64,000 nucleotides of DNA from an uncultured Verrucomicrobiae bacterium (GTDB lineage Bacteria > Verrucomicrobiota > Verrucomicrobiia > Chthoniobacterales > UBA10450): NCBI GenBank assembly GCA_963735805.1, contig CAVTMK010000001.1:160001-224000 (forward strand), given 5' to 3'. Position numbers and translations under genes: made by a program. Below the pieces are notes generated by a model. It was given only the letters and a program-made list of their open reading frames with translations. It was not told where the DNA came from and ran no database searches. Below, in pieces: positions 38,907-50,276 of the stretch (position 1 is the first letter of the stretch; each line of letters starts with the position of its first letter).

Positions 38907-39891
38907 ACTACTGCGCACGGTTTCAATCGTCGGTACGGGAAGCTACGTGCCCGACAAGGTTCTGACCAACGCAGACCTATCGCGCATCGTCGATACCAGC
39001 GACGATTGGATCACCACCCGCACCGGCATTAAGGAACGCCGTATTGCCGCAAAAGATGAAAATACCAGCGATATGGCGACCAAGGCTGCACTCAAAGCAA
39101 TCGAACAGGCCAAGATCTCCGCAAAGGAGATCGATCTTATTCTCGTGGCAACGGCCACTCCTGACATGCTTTTCCCGGCCACGGCTTGCTTCGTTCAGAA
39201 GAAGATCGGCGCAACTAACGCCGCTTGTCTCGATATTTCCGCAGCATGCGCAGGTTTTCTCTTTGGCCTGGAGATCGCGCAGCAATTCATTACGTCACAT
39301 ACGCACGACACTGTGCTCGTGATCGGGGCCGATAAATTAACATCGATCACCAACTGGACCGATCGCAATACCTGTGTCCTTTTCGGAGATGGCGCTGGCG
39401 CCGCGGTTTTACGTCACCGAGGCAGCGCGCACGGCGTGATCAGCACTCACATCGGAAGCGATGGACAGTACACGGATATCTTGTTCATGCCCGGCGGTGG
39501 TTCGAGATGCCCGATTACACGGGAAAATGCCGATATGCATTTGGCAACAATCCACATGACGGGTAAGGAGGTGTACAAACAGGCTGTCATTGCAATGTTG
39601 AACGCGGCCAAGAAGGTCCTCGAGCAAGCTGGACTTTCCATTGAAGACATCGCCTGCGTTATTCCGCATCAGGCCAATCTCCGCATAATGGACGCGATCG
39701 CAGACCGGCTCGGTATTTCGCGCGACAAAATGTTTGTAAATCTGGATCGCTATGGCAATACCTCGGCTGCCGCTGTGGCGATCGCATTAGACGAAGCCAA
39801 TCGCAGTGGACGGATCAAGCCAGGTGATTACGTCTTGTTGGTCGTATTTGGCGGCGGACTAACCTGGGCGAGCACAATAATAGAATGGTAA
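38869..39891 (+). CDS. fabH: 3-oxoacyl-ACP synthase III
   Basis: AACAGF, FGDGAGA, PHQAN, GNTSAA. Confidence 0.97.
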   Translation: MKRQPRSNPRSTKLLRTVSIVGTGSYVPDKVLTNADLSRIVDTSDDWITTRTGIKERRIAAKDENTSDMATKAALKAIEQAKISAKEIDLILVATATPDMLFPATACFVQKKIGATNAACLDISAACAGFLFGLEIAQQFITSHTHDTVLVIGADKLTSITNWTDRNTCVLFGDGAGAAVLRHRGSAHGVISTHIGSDGQYTDILFMPGGGSRCPITRENADMHLATIHMTGKEVYKQAVIAMLNAAKKVLEQAGLSIEDIACVIPHQANLRIMDAIADRLGISRDKMFVNLDRYGNTSAAAVAIALDEANRSGRIKPGDYVLLVVFGGGLTWASTIIEW

Positions 39892-39963
39892 AGCTGTAAG
39901 GCGTTCCGCGTTCCGCGCTGAGCGAGAAGTTGGCGTTTCGCAGAAACCCCGTACAATCAACGC

Positions 39964-40827
39964 ATGCTAATCGACACCCACGCACATCTGGATTATCCCG
40001 ATTTTGCCAATGACCTCGAGGATGTGCTGGGTCGCGCAAAAGACGCCGGGGTCATGCGCATCATCACGATCGGCACGTCCCTGGAAAGCAGCCGGCGCGC
40101 TATCGATCTCGCGGAAAGATATCCAGCCGTCTTCGCGACAATCGGCGTTCACCCAACGTCCGTTGAGGAAGCAGACGACGACGTAATTACGCCGTTGCGC
40201 GAGTTGGCAAAGAATCCGCGTGTGGTAGCGATCGGCGAAACCGGCCTCGATTATCACCGTTTGCCAAGCGAGAAAGTGGCGAAGGAAGAGCAGGTCCAGG
40301 TGATGACCGCGCTGCGAACTGAGACCGACGAAGAAATCGAAGCACAAATCCGCGACGGTGCTTACAAATCGAAACAGGCGAGCTTATTTCAGCAGCAACT
40401 AGATCTTGCGGGGGAATTGGGCCTAAACGTTGTGATTCATCAACGCGACGCATGGGACGACACGCTCAATATTATGAGGCCATACAATGGCAAGCTGCGC
40501 GGCGTTTTTCATTGCTTCGGCGGCTCGCTCGACCAGGCAAATGAAGTTCTGGATCTTGACCATCTTATTTCCTTCACTGGAATTGTTACTTTTAAAAACG
40601 GTGAAGGCGTGCGAGAAGTTGCGGCACAAATCCCACTCTGGAAATTCATGGTGGAAACCGATTGTCCCTATTTGGCACCTGTTCCTTTTCGCGGAAAACC
40701 CTCCGAACCAGCGCACACACGCATCGTGGCAGAAGCGATCGCCGAGGCGCGAGGGATTCCGCTGGAAGAAGTTGCCGAGGCGACAACCGAAACTGCAGAA
40801 AGATTTTTTCAATTCAATCGCACATGA
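39964..40827 (+). CDS. tatD: TatD family hydrolase
   Basis: DTHAH, GVHP, GETGLDY, HCF, ETDCPYL. Confidence 0.94.
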   Translation: MLIDTHAHLDYPDFANDLEDVLGRAKDAGVMRIITIGTSLESSRRAIDLAERYPAVFATIGVHPTSVEEADDDVITPLRELAKNPRVVAIGETGLDYHRLPSEKVAKEEQVQVMTALRTETDEEIEAQIRDGAYKSKQASLFQQQLDLAGELGLNVVIHQRDAWDDTLNIMRPYNGKLRGVFHCFGGSLDQANEVLDLDHLISFTGIVTFKNGEGVREVAAQIPLWKFMVETDCPYLAPVPFRGKPSEPAHTRIVAEAIAEARGIPLEEVAEATTETAERFFQFNRT

Positions 40828-41486
40828 AGACTCAAGGTGGAACGCGTTGTCCTCAACGCGTTGGTGAAGACAATGCGCCTTCGAAGAAGGCCATGCCGCT
40901 GGTTTGTCTCGTGGCAGCGGTTTTCCTCGCATCCTGCGCCGCGCCAGACACGCAACATCAGGTCGTGGTCAGCACGCGTGAGCAAAAGCTGGTCCTGCTT
41001 GATCACGGCAACGTCCGCGCAATTTATCCAGTCTCTACCTCGAAGTTCGGATTGGGCGATTTGCGTGGCAGCCGTTTTACGCCTCTTGGCAAACTGCAGA
41101 TCGCTGAAAAGATCGGCGACAATGCGCCGCCTGGCACGGTTTTCAAGGACCGACGTCGAACCGGTGAAATCGTAGTGCCGGATTCTCCAGGCCGCGACCC
41201 GATCGTGACGCGCATCTTCTGGCTGCGCGGATTGGAGGCGCAAAACGCCAACGCGTTCTCCCGGGATATTTACATCCACGGCACTCCGGAAGAACGACGC
41301 ATCGGTACGCCTGCAAGTTATGGCTGCATTCGGATGCGCTCGAGCGACATCATACAGTTGTACGACATCGTGGGAACAGGCGCAGCAGTCACCATCGTGA
41401 ACGTTCCGCTAGCCGTTGCAGTTCCGAGCCTCGTCTCAGCTCACTCGATGGCCGACACCAACTCGGCGCCATTTGTAATGCGGTAG
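40824..41486 (+). CDS. L,D-transpeptidase lipoprotein
   Basis: Lipobox LASC; IYIHGT...ASYGCIRM. Start at ATG 40824 (overlaps tatD stop) or 40893. Confidence 0.88.
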   Translation: MKTQGGTRCPQRVGEDNAPSKKAMPLVCLVAAVFLASCAAPDTQHQVVVSTREQKLVLLDHGNVRAIYPVSTSKFGLGDLRGSRFTPLGKLQIAEKIGDNAPPGTVFKDRRRTGEIVVPDSPGRDPIVTRIFWLRGLEAQNANAFSRDIYIHGTPEERRIGTPASYGCIRMRSSDIIQLYDIVGTGAAVTIVNVPLAVAVPSLVSAHSMADTNSAPFVMR

Positions 41487-41565
41487 AGCTGTAAACGGAA
41501 GTCGCTGCCGCGAATCATCCGGGACCGAATTTCGCCGAGCGGCGGCCGGCGACCGATGGACACAA

Positions 41566-42579
41566 TTACGGCAGCTTGCCGAGATGTTCTCTAGGCGTTT
41601 CGCGCGAGAGTAATGCCATGTCCGCATCCACCATGATACGGACAAGTTCATGAAACAGGGTCTTCGGTTCCCAATGCAGAGTCTTTCTCGCCTTCGAAGC
41701 GTCACCAACCAAAACATCCACCTCCGCTGGACGCTCATATCGCGGATCGTGCTTGACGTATCGCTTCCAGTCCAGATTGGCGTGCGCAAAAGCTGCTTCA
41801 ACAAACTCGCGGACTGTGTGCGGTTCGCCGGTAGCCAGAACAAAATCGTCACCTTCGTCGAGCTGCAAAATCCGCCACATGCCTTCGACGTATTCAGGTG
41901 CAAAGCCCCAATCTCGCTTTGCATCCAAATTGCCGAGGAACAATTCCTTTTGCAGTCCGTGTTTGATAGCCGCAACAGCACGCGTGATTTTGCGAGTGAC
42001 AAAAGTTTCGCCGCGCCGGGGGCTTTCATGGTTGAACATGATGCCGTTACTCGCACAAAGACCGTAGCTTTCTCGATAATTGATGGTCGCCCAGTATGAA
42101 AAGACCTTTGCCACACCATAGGGACTGCGCGGCCAAAACGGTGTCTTTTCAGTTTGCGGCACCTCTTGGGCCTTTCCAAAAATTTCGCTGCTGGAAGCCT
42201 GAAAAAAACGGGAACGCAATCCTACTTCACGAATTGCCTCCAGAATACGGATGGTACCCACGCCAGTGACGTTCGCAGTGTACTCTGGAATATCGAAACT
42301 CACCCGGACGTGGCTTTGAGCCCCCAGATGATAAATTTCGTCAGGCTTCAGGTGGTAAAGAAGCTTCACCAGATTCACAGAGTCGCTGAGATCTCCGTAA
42401 TGTAGAAACAGTCGCACGTCGTTGACGTGTGGATCAGCATAAAGATGGTCGATGCGAGCAGTGTTAAACGTGCTTGCACGGCGAATAATGCCATGAACTT
42501 CATATCCCTTCTCCAGCAGCAACTCGGCAAGATAACTTCCATCCTGACCGGTGATGCCGGTGATCAACGCTTTTTTCAT
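41566..42579 (-). CDS. gmd: GDP-mannose 4,6-dehydratase
   Basis: [33 protein letters not shown]. Confidence 0.97.
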   Translation of the reverse strand: MKKALITGITGQDGSYLAELLLEKGYEVHGIIRRASTFNTARIDHLYADPHVNDVRLFLHYGDLSDSVNLVKLLYHLKPDEIYHLGAQSHVRVSFDIPEYTANVTGVGTIRILEAIREVGLRSRFFQASSSEIFGKAQEVPQTEKTPFWPRSPYGVAKVFSYWATINYRESYGLCASNGIMFNHESPRRGETFVTRKITRAVAAIKHGLQKELFLGNLDAKRDWGFAPEYVEGMWRILQLDEGDDFVLATGEPHTVREFVEAAFAHANLDWKRYVKHDPRYERPAEVDVLVGDASKARKTLHWEPKTLFHELVRIMVDADMALLSRETPREHLGKLP

Positions 42580-42673
42580 GAGCGCATAATTGTAGGGCGT
42601 TTCTGTGAAACGCCAACGCAAGAACATCCGCCCGGCGCGCACTGCGGCGGACCCCTGCAATCCGGAGCGGCCG

Positions 42674-43423
42674 CTAGCTCTCCGGTGGGGAAACCATGAT
42701 TCGCGCCAAAACAGCGCGTTGCGCGCCGATCAACGCGGCGATGCCTTTGCGAGCGAGACCTAGCATGTCATCCAATTGCGATCCCGAAAAAGTCGCTTCT
42801 TCACCGGATCCCTGCACTTCTACGAATTCGCCGTCTTCGGTAGCGACAAGATTGAAATCAACAACAACAACTTTGTCTTCTTCGTAGTTAAGATCCAAGA
42901 TGGCTTCACCGTCCAGAACGCCGGCACTCACCGCCGCAACCAGTTTTTGAATTGGAGGGGTGTCGAGCTTTTTATCCCTCACAAGTTTCCGGCAAGCTAT
43001 AGCAAGCGCCAGACTGGCTCCAGTGATTGCTGTTGTACGTGTTCCTCCGTCGGCTTGCAAGACATCGCAATCGACCCAGATCGTTCGGGGCCCGAGTTTT
43101 TCGAGATCGATGACAGCTCGCAGCGACCTGCCAATTAATCGCTGAATCTCAACGCTGCGGCCGTCGAGGCGGCCTTTTGTAACGTCCCGTGGCTTTCGCG
43201 TCTGCGTGGAATATGGGAGCATCGAATACTCAGCCGTAAGCCAGCCACCGGTGACCCCCTGCTCTTTCATCCAGCGCGGCACGGCTTCTTCAATTGTGAC
43301 GCCGCAAATCACGCGTGTCTGCCCCATTGACACCAGCACCGAACCGCTTGCGTGCGGAGCGATATTTAGTTCGAAATTAATCGGACGGATTTCATCGGGT
43401 CCACGGCCGTCATTTCGTTGCAT
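42674..43423 (-). CDS. rph: Ribonuclease PH
   Basis: [39 protein letters not shown]; start ATG 43423. Confidence 0.96.
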   Translation of the reverse strand: MQRNDGRGPDEIRPINFELNIAPHASGSVLVSMGQTRVICGVTIEEAVPRWMKEQGVTGGWLTAEYSMLPYSTQTRKPRDVTKGRLDGRSVEIQRLIGRSLRAVIDLEKLGPRTIWVDCDVLQADGGTRTTAITGASLALAIACRKLVRDKKLDTPPIQKLVAAVSAGVLDGEAILDLNYEEDKVVVVDFNLVATEDGEFVEVQGSGEEATFSGSQLDDMLGLARKGIAALIGAQRAVLARIMVSPPES

Positions 43424-43591
43424 CGCTGGAAATCTAGATGCGGCTGGGATTTGTGCGACGAAGATTTGTACCAGGAAATTGAGGTTAGTCTCAAACGTGC
43501 GACTGTCTCCGCGCGCGGTTATTGGATTATGGCCGCCGCCTAGTAATCGGCTTGACGCACCGCAGTGGCCATCGTTGTATACGCATTTTGA

Positions 43592-46500
43592 GTGAAAAAC
43601 AGCGCGGATAACCACACAGCGATTTGCATCGCCGGTGCGCACCGTTCAGGAACATCGATGCTCACAAGGCTCTTGCACACCTGCGGTCTCTACCTCGGCC
43701 CAAAAAGCGAATTGATGCCACCGCAGGCCGATAACCCTGACGGCTTCTGGGAACATCTGGGATTCGTTGCCGTGAATGACGAGCTATTACATGCTCTCGG
43801 CGGCGCCTGGGACCTTCCACCAAAAGTTGCCGAAAATTTAAGTGACCCGCGCCTCGATCCCGTGCGCATGAAAGCACGGCTGCTAATCGAACGTTTCCAT
43901 TCGGCAAAGTTCTGGGGCTGGAAGGATCCGCGCACCAGTTTGACGCAGCCGTTCTGGCAGGCGCTTTTGCCGGGCCTGAAGACGCTTATCATCGTGCGGA
44001 ATCCGCTCGAAGTCGCCCACTCGATGCGGGAGCGAAACGGAACATCCTATTCGCTCGGTTTACGGCTTTGGGAAATTTATAACCGGCGCTTGATCGCGGC
44101 GGCAAGTGAGCAAGACCATCTTATTACTTATTACGATTTATTTTTCGAGGACCCGGAGGCGGAGCTGCGGCGAATTGTAGAATTCGCTGGTTTGCCCGAC
44201 AAGGAAATCGCTCGCGCCGCCGCACTCGTAAGAAAGCCAAGACGCCATACTCATTTCACGGTTGAGCACCTTATTGATGCCGGCGTAGCTCCGGAAGTAA
44301 TTGAGTTTTATCGCGCTTTGATTGCTGAAGCATCGGCATCCAGAGAAAACAAGGCACATATGGGCAGCGCACACCACGTCACAAAAGCGGACGAGGCCGA
44401 TTTGCTTCCCGGCGCCATCACCCGGCTAAACGCCTTAGTTCCGGAAAGGATTGCTCACATCGAAGATCTCTACCAGGAACTCTTGGCCCAGGCGGAAACT
44501 CGGCACAAAACGCAAGTTAAGGAGCTCAGTGAGCACTTGGCTCGCCAAAACGCTAGCATTACCGAAACGAACCACCTTCTTCGCGAAAAAAGCCTTAGCC
44601 TAGCGGAGAGCGAAACACGGGAAGATGAACTGCGGAAGCGTCTGCGTTTGCAATTGAAGGCTACCGAGAGGCTTTGTCGACTCTTGGAGGAGACCGACCA
44701 CGCAGCAGCCCAGCTTCGCTCTTCAGCGCGCTGGCAAATTGCAAATCCCATTGCGGCGTTCAAGGCCAAGCTCTCTCCTTCGCAGTCGCAGAGCTTGTTA
44801 GGGTATGGTCATCTGGAAAAGGTCATCTCCACATATCAGAAGTGGCGAACTACCTATCCGGAAATCACTGCGGCTGATGACCAGATTCAGGCGCTGATTT
44901 CAGGCGGAGTTTCTTCCGCATGGCAGAGAGTGGCGCCAGTCGAACCACCTGAACCGATACGTCCGATTGAGTTTCCGAGCCGCGAGCAGGTCGAAGTTTC
45001 AATTATCATTCCGGTGTTCGGTCAATTCCGTTTCACCCAGGCCTGCCTGGCTTCCCTGCAGGAGAATCAAGGAACAGAATGCTTTGAAGTCATTGTGGTG
45101 GATGATTGCTCGACGGACGCCACTCCGGAAGCTGTCCCGCGGATGCCAGGAGTCATCTATTTGCGCAACCAAACGAATTTCGGTTTCGTGGGGTCGTGCA
45201 ATCGCGGTGCCGAGGCCGCGCGGGGTAAATACCTCGTCTTTTTGAATAACGACACGCTCGTGAGACCAGGTTGGCTAAGCGCGTTGATTGATACTTTTGT
45301 CGAGGAACCCCGCGCGGGCATCGTTGGCTCAAAGCTTCTTTATCCTAATGGCCGGTTGCAGGAAGCAGGCGGAATCATATGGCGCGATGCATCAGGATGG
45401 AACTATGGCAAATCTGACGACCCGAAAAAGCCTGAGTACAATTATCTGCGCGAAGTTGACTATTGCTCAGCGGCAGCGTTGATGATTCCGAAATCGCTAT
45501 TTGCGACCGTGCAGGGCTTCGACTCACGGTACGCGCCCGCATATTACGAAGACACCGACCTGGCGTTTAAAGTTCGGAAAGCAGATTACAAGGTTTTGTA
45601 CCAACCGTTAAGTGAGGTCATCCACTATGAGGGAGCAACCGGCGGAACCGATCTTGCGACCGGTACGAAGAAACATCAAGAGATCAACCGCTCGACGTTT
45701 GCAGAAAAATGGGCTGCCGCACTAAAAACAAAGCCACCTAACGGGGATTCGGCTTTTTTGAGGCAGGCTCCGCAAGGGCGAAAGAACATCCTCGTGATCG
45801 ACCATCATGTCCCGAAGCCCGATCACGATTCAGGGTCTCTTCGAATGTTTCAGATTCTTAAGCTACTTCATCAGCTCGGTCATCGCGTTACTTTCGTTCC
45901 GGATAACCTGGCAAATGTTGCTTTTTACACAGGCGAGCTGCAGAAACGTGGAATTGAAGTCGTTCACCATCCCTATATCAAAACGGTGCGCGATTACCTC
46001 ATTTCGCACGGCTCGGCGTTCGATGCAGTTGTGCTAAGCCGGTGTGATTTTGCGCGCAAACATATCGCCGACGTGCGTCTCTATGCGCCACAAAGCCGCA
46101 TCATTTTTGATACCGTCGATCTTCATCACGTCCGCGAAGACGGCGAAGCAACACTGACCGGGGATACGGAGCTGCGCCGAAAAGCGCAGGAGAAAGAACG
46201 CTTGGAAAATGAACTAATCGAGCAGACTGACGAAACCTGGGTAGTTAGCCCTGCCGAACAGCGATTGCTCCGTGGGAACTGGCCTGGCAAATCGATTCAA
46301 CTGGTTTCGAATATTGTCGATATCCCCGGATCAAAGACGCCATTTGAACTCCGGCGCGACTGGCTTTTTATCGGCGGATTCCAGCACAGGCCAAACACCG
46401 ATGCTGTTCTCTTCTTCGTGAAGGAAATTTATCCGCTGGTGAGCGAGCGACTGCGCGATGCAAAATTCTATATCATCGGCGATAAAGTGCCGCCGGACAT

Positions 46501-46939
46501 CGCTGCGCTGGCGAGCGAGAGGATCATTGTAGCGGGACTACACAGAGATGTGCGCCCGTTTTTTGACAGCGTGAAACTGTCCATTGCGCCTCTGCGATTT
46601 GGGGCCGGCGTGAAAGGCAAGATCAACCAAAGCATGGCGTTCGGCGTGCCGGTAGTTGCAACGTCTATTGCGGCTGAGGGAATGGAACTTAAAGACCATG
46701 AGGACATTCTGCTTGCCGATAAACCGGAAGAGTTTGCCGAGGCGTTAGTTGAACTCTATGAGTCGGAGGCGCTTTGGAACCGTCTCTCAGAAAACGGTAT
46801 CCGGAAAACACAAGCTCTGTATTCCACTGACGTCGCGCGGAAGAAGCTCGAGTTTTTGTTTAGCGACGATCACCTTGCAAGCTTGCGTAAAGAAGCAGCA
46901 ATTGCAGAGGCGGAGACTGTTACCGCAGCGAAAAGCTGA
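43592..46939 (+). CDS. Sulfotransferase-like / coiled coil / GT2 / GT4 multidomain glycosyltransferase
   Basis: [22 protein letters not shown]; helical ~aa 286-395; GT2 VDDCS.D, FLNNDT, YEDTD; GT4-like [18 protein letters not shown]. Confidence 0.9.
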   Translation: MKNSADNHTAICIAGAHRSGTSMLTRLLHTCGLYLGPKSELMPPQADNPDGFWEHLGFVAVNDELLHALGGAWDLPPKVAENLSDPRLDPVRMKARLLIERFHSAKFWGWKDPRTSLTQPFWQALLPGLKTLIIVRNPLEVAHSMRERNGTSYSLGLRLWEIYNRRLIAAASEQDHLITYYDLFFEDPEAELRRIVEFAGLPDKEIARAAALVRKPRRHTHFTVEHLIDAGVAPEVIEFYRALIAEASASRENKAHMGSAHHVTKADEADLLPGAITRLNALVPERIAHIEDLYQELLAQAETRHKTQVKELSEHLARQNASITETNHLLREKSLSLAESETREDELRKRLRLQLKATERLCRLLEETDHAAAQLRSSARWQIANPIAAFKAKLSPSQSQSLLGYGHLEKVISTYQKWRTTYPEITAADDQIQALISGGVSSAWQRVAPVEPPEPIRPIEFPSREQVEVSIIIPVFGQFRFTQACLASLQENQGTECFEVIVVDDCSTDATPEAVPRMPGVIYLRNQTNFGFVGSCNRGAEAARGKYLVFLNNDTLVRPGWLSALIDTFVEEPRAGIVGSKLLYPNGRLQEAGGIIWRDASGWNYGKSDDPKKPEYNYLREVDYCSAAALMIPKSLFATVQGFDSRYAPAYYEDTDLAFKVRKADYKVLYQPLSEVIHYEGATGGTDLATGTKKHQEINRSTFAEKWAAALKTKPPNGDSAFLRQAPQGRKNILVIDHHVPKPDHDSGSLRMFQILKLLHQLGHRVTFVPDNLANVAFYTGELQKRGIEVVHHPYIKTVRDYLISHGSAFDAVVLSRCDFARKHIADVRLYAPQSRIIFDTVDLHHVREDGEATLTGDTELRRKAQEKERLENELIEQTDETWVVSPAEQRLLRGNWPGKSIQLVSNIVDIPGSKTPFELRRDWLFIGGFQHRPNTDAVLFFVKEIYPLVSERLRDAKFYIIGDKVPPDIAALASERIIVAGLHRDVRPFFDSVKLSIAPLRFGAGVKGKINQSMAFGVPVVATSIAAEGMELKDHEDILLADKPEEFAEALVELYESEALWNRLSENGIRKTQALYSTDVARKKLEFLFSDDHLASLRKEAAIAEAETVTAAKS

Positions 46940-46971
46940 TCCTGATTTGCGGGGGGATAAGGCGAAGCGAA

Positions 46972-48225
46972 GTGGAAAAAATCACCGGAAAAATCAATGC
47001 AACCCCCAACCCCGTTTGTTTCGGGGAAGGCTGCGTAGTGATCTCATGGGAAACCAATGATCCCTCCGGCAGTGAGATTCGTGTTGCGACCCCGGCGCAT
47101 AAAGAAAAGGTCGTTGTCGAGGGAGGAAAGGCCGGACGCGTTGAGATTCATTGGATCCAGAACTCGACAGAATACGAATTTCGCCTTTATGCAGCCAGCC
47201 GCCTTCACAAATCGATTGATTCAGTAAAAGTCAAAGGGAACAGCAATTCGTTGCACCCGCTACTGACTGAAGCTGCCCTCGAAGTGAAACGCGGAAACAT
47301 TGGCGTTGCGGCGCTCTCCGACTTTATAGCGAAAGTTCTCCCTTCTTGTGTTCACAACTCAAAGTTTCGCGAGATCTTTCGCTTGTGGGAGCGGCACGGC
47401 TTTCACGTTACGCCAGTGCATTTCTATCAACCTATTCCCAATACCCAATCCTTGCCCGAAACTCTATGGAATCAGGCGAGCGAACTGGTCGGGATCGACA
47501 TGAACGATCCAATGCAGCTCGATCTATTGCGGAATCACTTTCCAAAGTTTCGCGGCGAATATGATCAATTTTCAGCAGAGCCAACCGACTCGCCGGTCCG
47601 TTTCCATCTTAACAACGGGCTTTTTGACGGCACTGACGCGCTGGTTGCTTATTGTATGATTCGCCACTTTCAACCACGGTTGATCATCGAGGTGGGCAGT
47701 GGGTTTTCATCTCTGGTCGCAGCTGAGGCCATCGCAAAAAATAAGGGCTCGGCACTGATTTGTATCGAACCGTTTCCGATGGATTTTCTCCGGAAGGGGG
47801 TACTCGGGCTGCATTCATTGATAGAGAAAAAGGTGGAAGATGTCGACCTGGAATTCTTCTCACAGCTGTGCTCCGGCGACATACTTTTTATCGATAGTTC
47901 TCATACGGTAAGGATTGGCGGAGACGTCAATTACCTGTTCCTTGAAGTGTTGCCACGCCTAAAAGCCGGGGTCATTGTGCACGTCCACGATATCTTCTTT
48001 CCTTTCGATTACCGGCGTGACTGGGTGATGGATGAATTACGTTTTTGGGCGGAGCAATACCTGCTTCAGGCGTTTCTCACATTCAATTCCCAGTTCGAAG
48101 TGCTGATGGCCAACGCTTACCTGGGCCACCGTCATATGGAAGATCTCAAAAGGACTTTCGCGAATTCACCTTGGTGGGGCGGAGGAAGTTTCTGGATGCG
48201 CCGCCGCGCTGCGAAAGCAGATTGA
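46972..48225 (+). CDS. SAM methyltransferase (Methyltransf_24-like) with N-terminal beta-rich domain
   Basis: IIEVGSGFSS, ILFIDSSH, VHVHDIF.P.DY. Confidence 0.85.
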   Translation: MEKITGKINATPNPVCFGEGCVVISWETNDPSGSEIRVATPAHKEKVVVEGGKAGRVEIHWIQNSTEYEFRLYAASRLHKSIDSVKVKGNSNSLHPLLTEAALEVKRGNIGVAALSDFIAKVLPSCVHNSKFREIFRLWERHGFHVTPVHFYQPIPNTQSLPETLWNQASELVGIDMNDPMQLDLLRNHFPKFRGEYDQFSAEPTDSPVRFHLNNGLFDGTDALVAYCMIRHFQPRLIIEVGSGFSSLVAAEAIAKNKGSALICIEPFPMDFLRKGVLGLHSLIEKKVEDVDLEFFSQLCSGDILFIDSSHTVRIGGDVNYLFLEVLPRLKAGVIVHVHDIFFPFDYRRDWVMDELRFWAEQYLLQAFLTFNSQFEVLMANAYLGHRHMEDLKRTFANSPWWGGGSFWMRRRAAKAD

Positions 48226-48283
48226 AAATAGAATAGTTTTCGATTCGATGCTAACGAGGTTCGAGGAACATTAGAGTCCTGCC

Positions 48284-49051
48284 TTAGATCAAATCCAATG
48301 TTCGACCGCGGCTCAAAATCTGGTCAAAAATGGAGTCGCTCTCGATCGTCTGTGAGATGTCTCGTCTTCGGACCGCGCTCTTTGCCTTCTGGATCAGATA
48401 AAGAAACCTCCAAACACGGATCTCGGAGATCAGTAGTGTAGACCCCAGCAGCATAATTTGTTCGAACAGGAGGTTGGACAGCGCACGGCGCCTTGCAAAC
48501 GAAGCATCGGGTGATTGGTAATCAGGGTGGTGCGCCCAACTCCAGTCTTCGATCACGTAGATGCCGCCGGGACTCAACAATGGAAAGAGAAATTCGAAAG
48601 ACGCCCTTGTTTCCTCGTAGGTGTGAGACGCATCGTCCACTACCAGATCCAGCTCATCCGCCAGCTCGCCGAGAGCGATTTGCCTCAACTTATCACCATC
48701 GCACTGCGATGTAGCAAAATGAACAAACCGATCCTTGGTACGCGACACGTAGTCCAAAAGCGGCGCAACAGGCTTTGAACTAATATCAACGGCTGACATT
48801 CGGCGAGGTTTGAATAGCTTGTCCAGGAACACGTAGCTACCGCCCTGAAAAATCCCAAGTTCGAGAAGTGATCTCGGTGAGAACCGGGAAGCGAGGTCCT
48901 CATAAACACGCAGATAGGGCTCAGTTTTTACGATCGTAAACGTCTCCGAGGTGGAAGAACGCCGGTCTTTCGGCGGCACAGCGACCTCAACCACGAAGTT
49001 TTCACCTCCCAATGAGAACTCCCCACCGTGACCAATCTTGATCGGATTCAT
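48284..49051 (-). CDS. SAM methyltransferase (CmcI/Methyltransf_24-like)
   Basis: LELGIFQGGS, VVDDASH, PGGIYVIEDW. Confidence 0.85.
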   Translation of the reverse strand: MNPIKIGHGGEFSLGGENFVVEVAVPPKDRRSSTSETFTIVKTEPYLRVYEDLASRFSPRSLLELGIFQGGSYVFLDKLFKPRRMSAVDISSKPVAPLLDYVSRTKDRFVHFATSQCDGDKLRQIALGELADELDLVVDDASHTYEETRASFEFLFPLLSPGGIYVIEDWSWAHHPDYQSPDASFARRRALSNLLFEQIMLLGSTLLISEIRVWRFLYLIQKAKSAVRRRDISQTIESDSIFDQILSRGRTLDLI

Positions 49052-49124
49052 CAGACAATTCTGCGCAGCAAATATGCGCTAAGCTTGACTGCTGGCAAAA
49101 AGGCGAATAATCCGTAGGAACTGA

Positions 49125-50165
49125 ATGCAGCGTAACATAAACAAGCCGATTTTTGTCGTGGGATCGCCGCGTTCAGGGACAAGTATTCTCACATGGTGTC
49201 TGGGTCAGCATCCAAATATTTTTCCAGTGCCGGAGTCGAATTGGATGGGAAACTTTGCGGTTAACGTAGCCACGGCCTATCAGGTCGGTGCGGCCCGCGG
49301 CGAACGCTCCATCTTGAGCGCCATGGAAATTCAAGAGGACGAATTGTTCGTTGCGTTCGGTCAAAGTATCAATGACCTGATTCTTTCACATCGCAAGGAT
49401 CTGGAAAGAAAACGTCAATCCTGGATTTCGTTGTCTGGACTTAAAGAGCGCTGGTTGCGGGGCAGAAATGCAGCGTCGGACCCCAAGGCGCGGTGGGTGG
49501 ATGGCACGCCGGAATACTCGCTGTTTATCTGTGGCTTGCGCAAACTCTTTCCAGAGGCTCGCTTCGTTCATATCTTCCGAGACGTCGGCGCAGTGGTGCG
49601 CTCGATGCTGAACTTTCATCGCGTAGCCGGTACTCAGCTGGTTGCTAACGAAGAAAAGGCTTATAAATACTGGCTCCGAACCGTGAGAGCATGTTTAAAG
49701 GCAGAACAGGCGTATGGCCCGGAGGTTGTCCATCGAATCCAATACGTAGATTTGATCGACAATCCAGAATTGACCATGCGCTGGTTGTTCGACCGGCTTG
49801 AGGAACCGTACAGCGCAAAATGTCTGGAGCCGCTTGCCGATCGGATCAACAGTTCCAATGTACCGGCCGATTTTAAAGCGAACGATCCTGCTACCGACCC
49901 GGCAATAATCGAAAAGGCGATGCGCCTTTCCGCAAGTGTAAGCGAAGCTCGACAAGCGGATCGACCTTCGCGAGAGGCTGGCAATGAAATGGAGGCTGCA
50001 TTTAGAAAACGGGTCCATGACACTGCACGCGTGGATCGCGCCTACAAGAAAACCCGGCAAATCATGAAGGCCTTGAATTACTCGGCACTTTTCATGTATG
50101 TGCTGGTTCAAGCAGTGCTCACAATCGGGGATCCTTGTGTCGTTGTCTTGTCGCCGTTGCCATAG
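49125..50165 (+). CDS. Sulfotransferase
   Basis: PIFVVGSPRSGTS; HIFRD...VVRS; hydrophobic C-tail. Confidence 0.88.
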   Translation: MQRNINKPIFVVGSPRSGTSILTWCLGQHPNIFPVPESNWMGNFAVNVATAYQVGAARGERSILSAMEIQEDELFVAFGQSINDLILSHRKDLERKRQSWISLSGLKERWLRGRNAASDPKARWVDGTPEYSLFICGLRKLFPEARFVHIFRDVGAVVRSMLNFHRVAGTQLVANEEKAYKYWLRTVRACLKAEQAYGPEVVHRIQYVDLIDNPELTMRWLFDRLEEPYSAKCLEPLADRINSSNVPADFKANDPATDPAIIEKAMRLSASVSEARQADRPSREAGNEMEAAFRKRVHDTARVDRAYKKTRQIMKALNYSALFMYVLVQAVLTIGDPCVVVLSPLP

Positions 50166-50276
50166 CCACTCAGTAACACGGACAATCTTGTTGGGGATGC
50201 CTTTTGGAAGAGAGCCAGTCGTTGCTGTCTGCCTTCGGCACCAGCGCCACCGACTGCGTTGATATTTCCAACCGAA

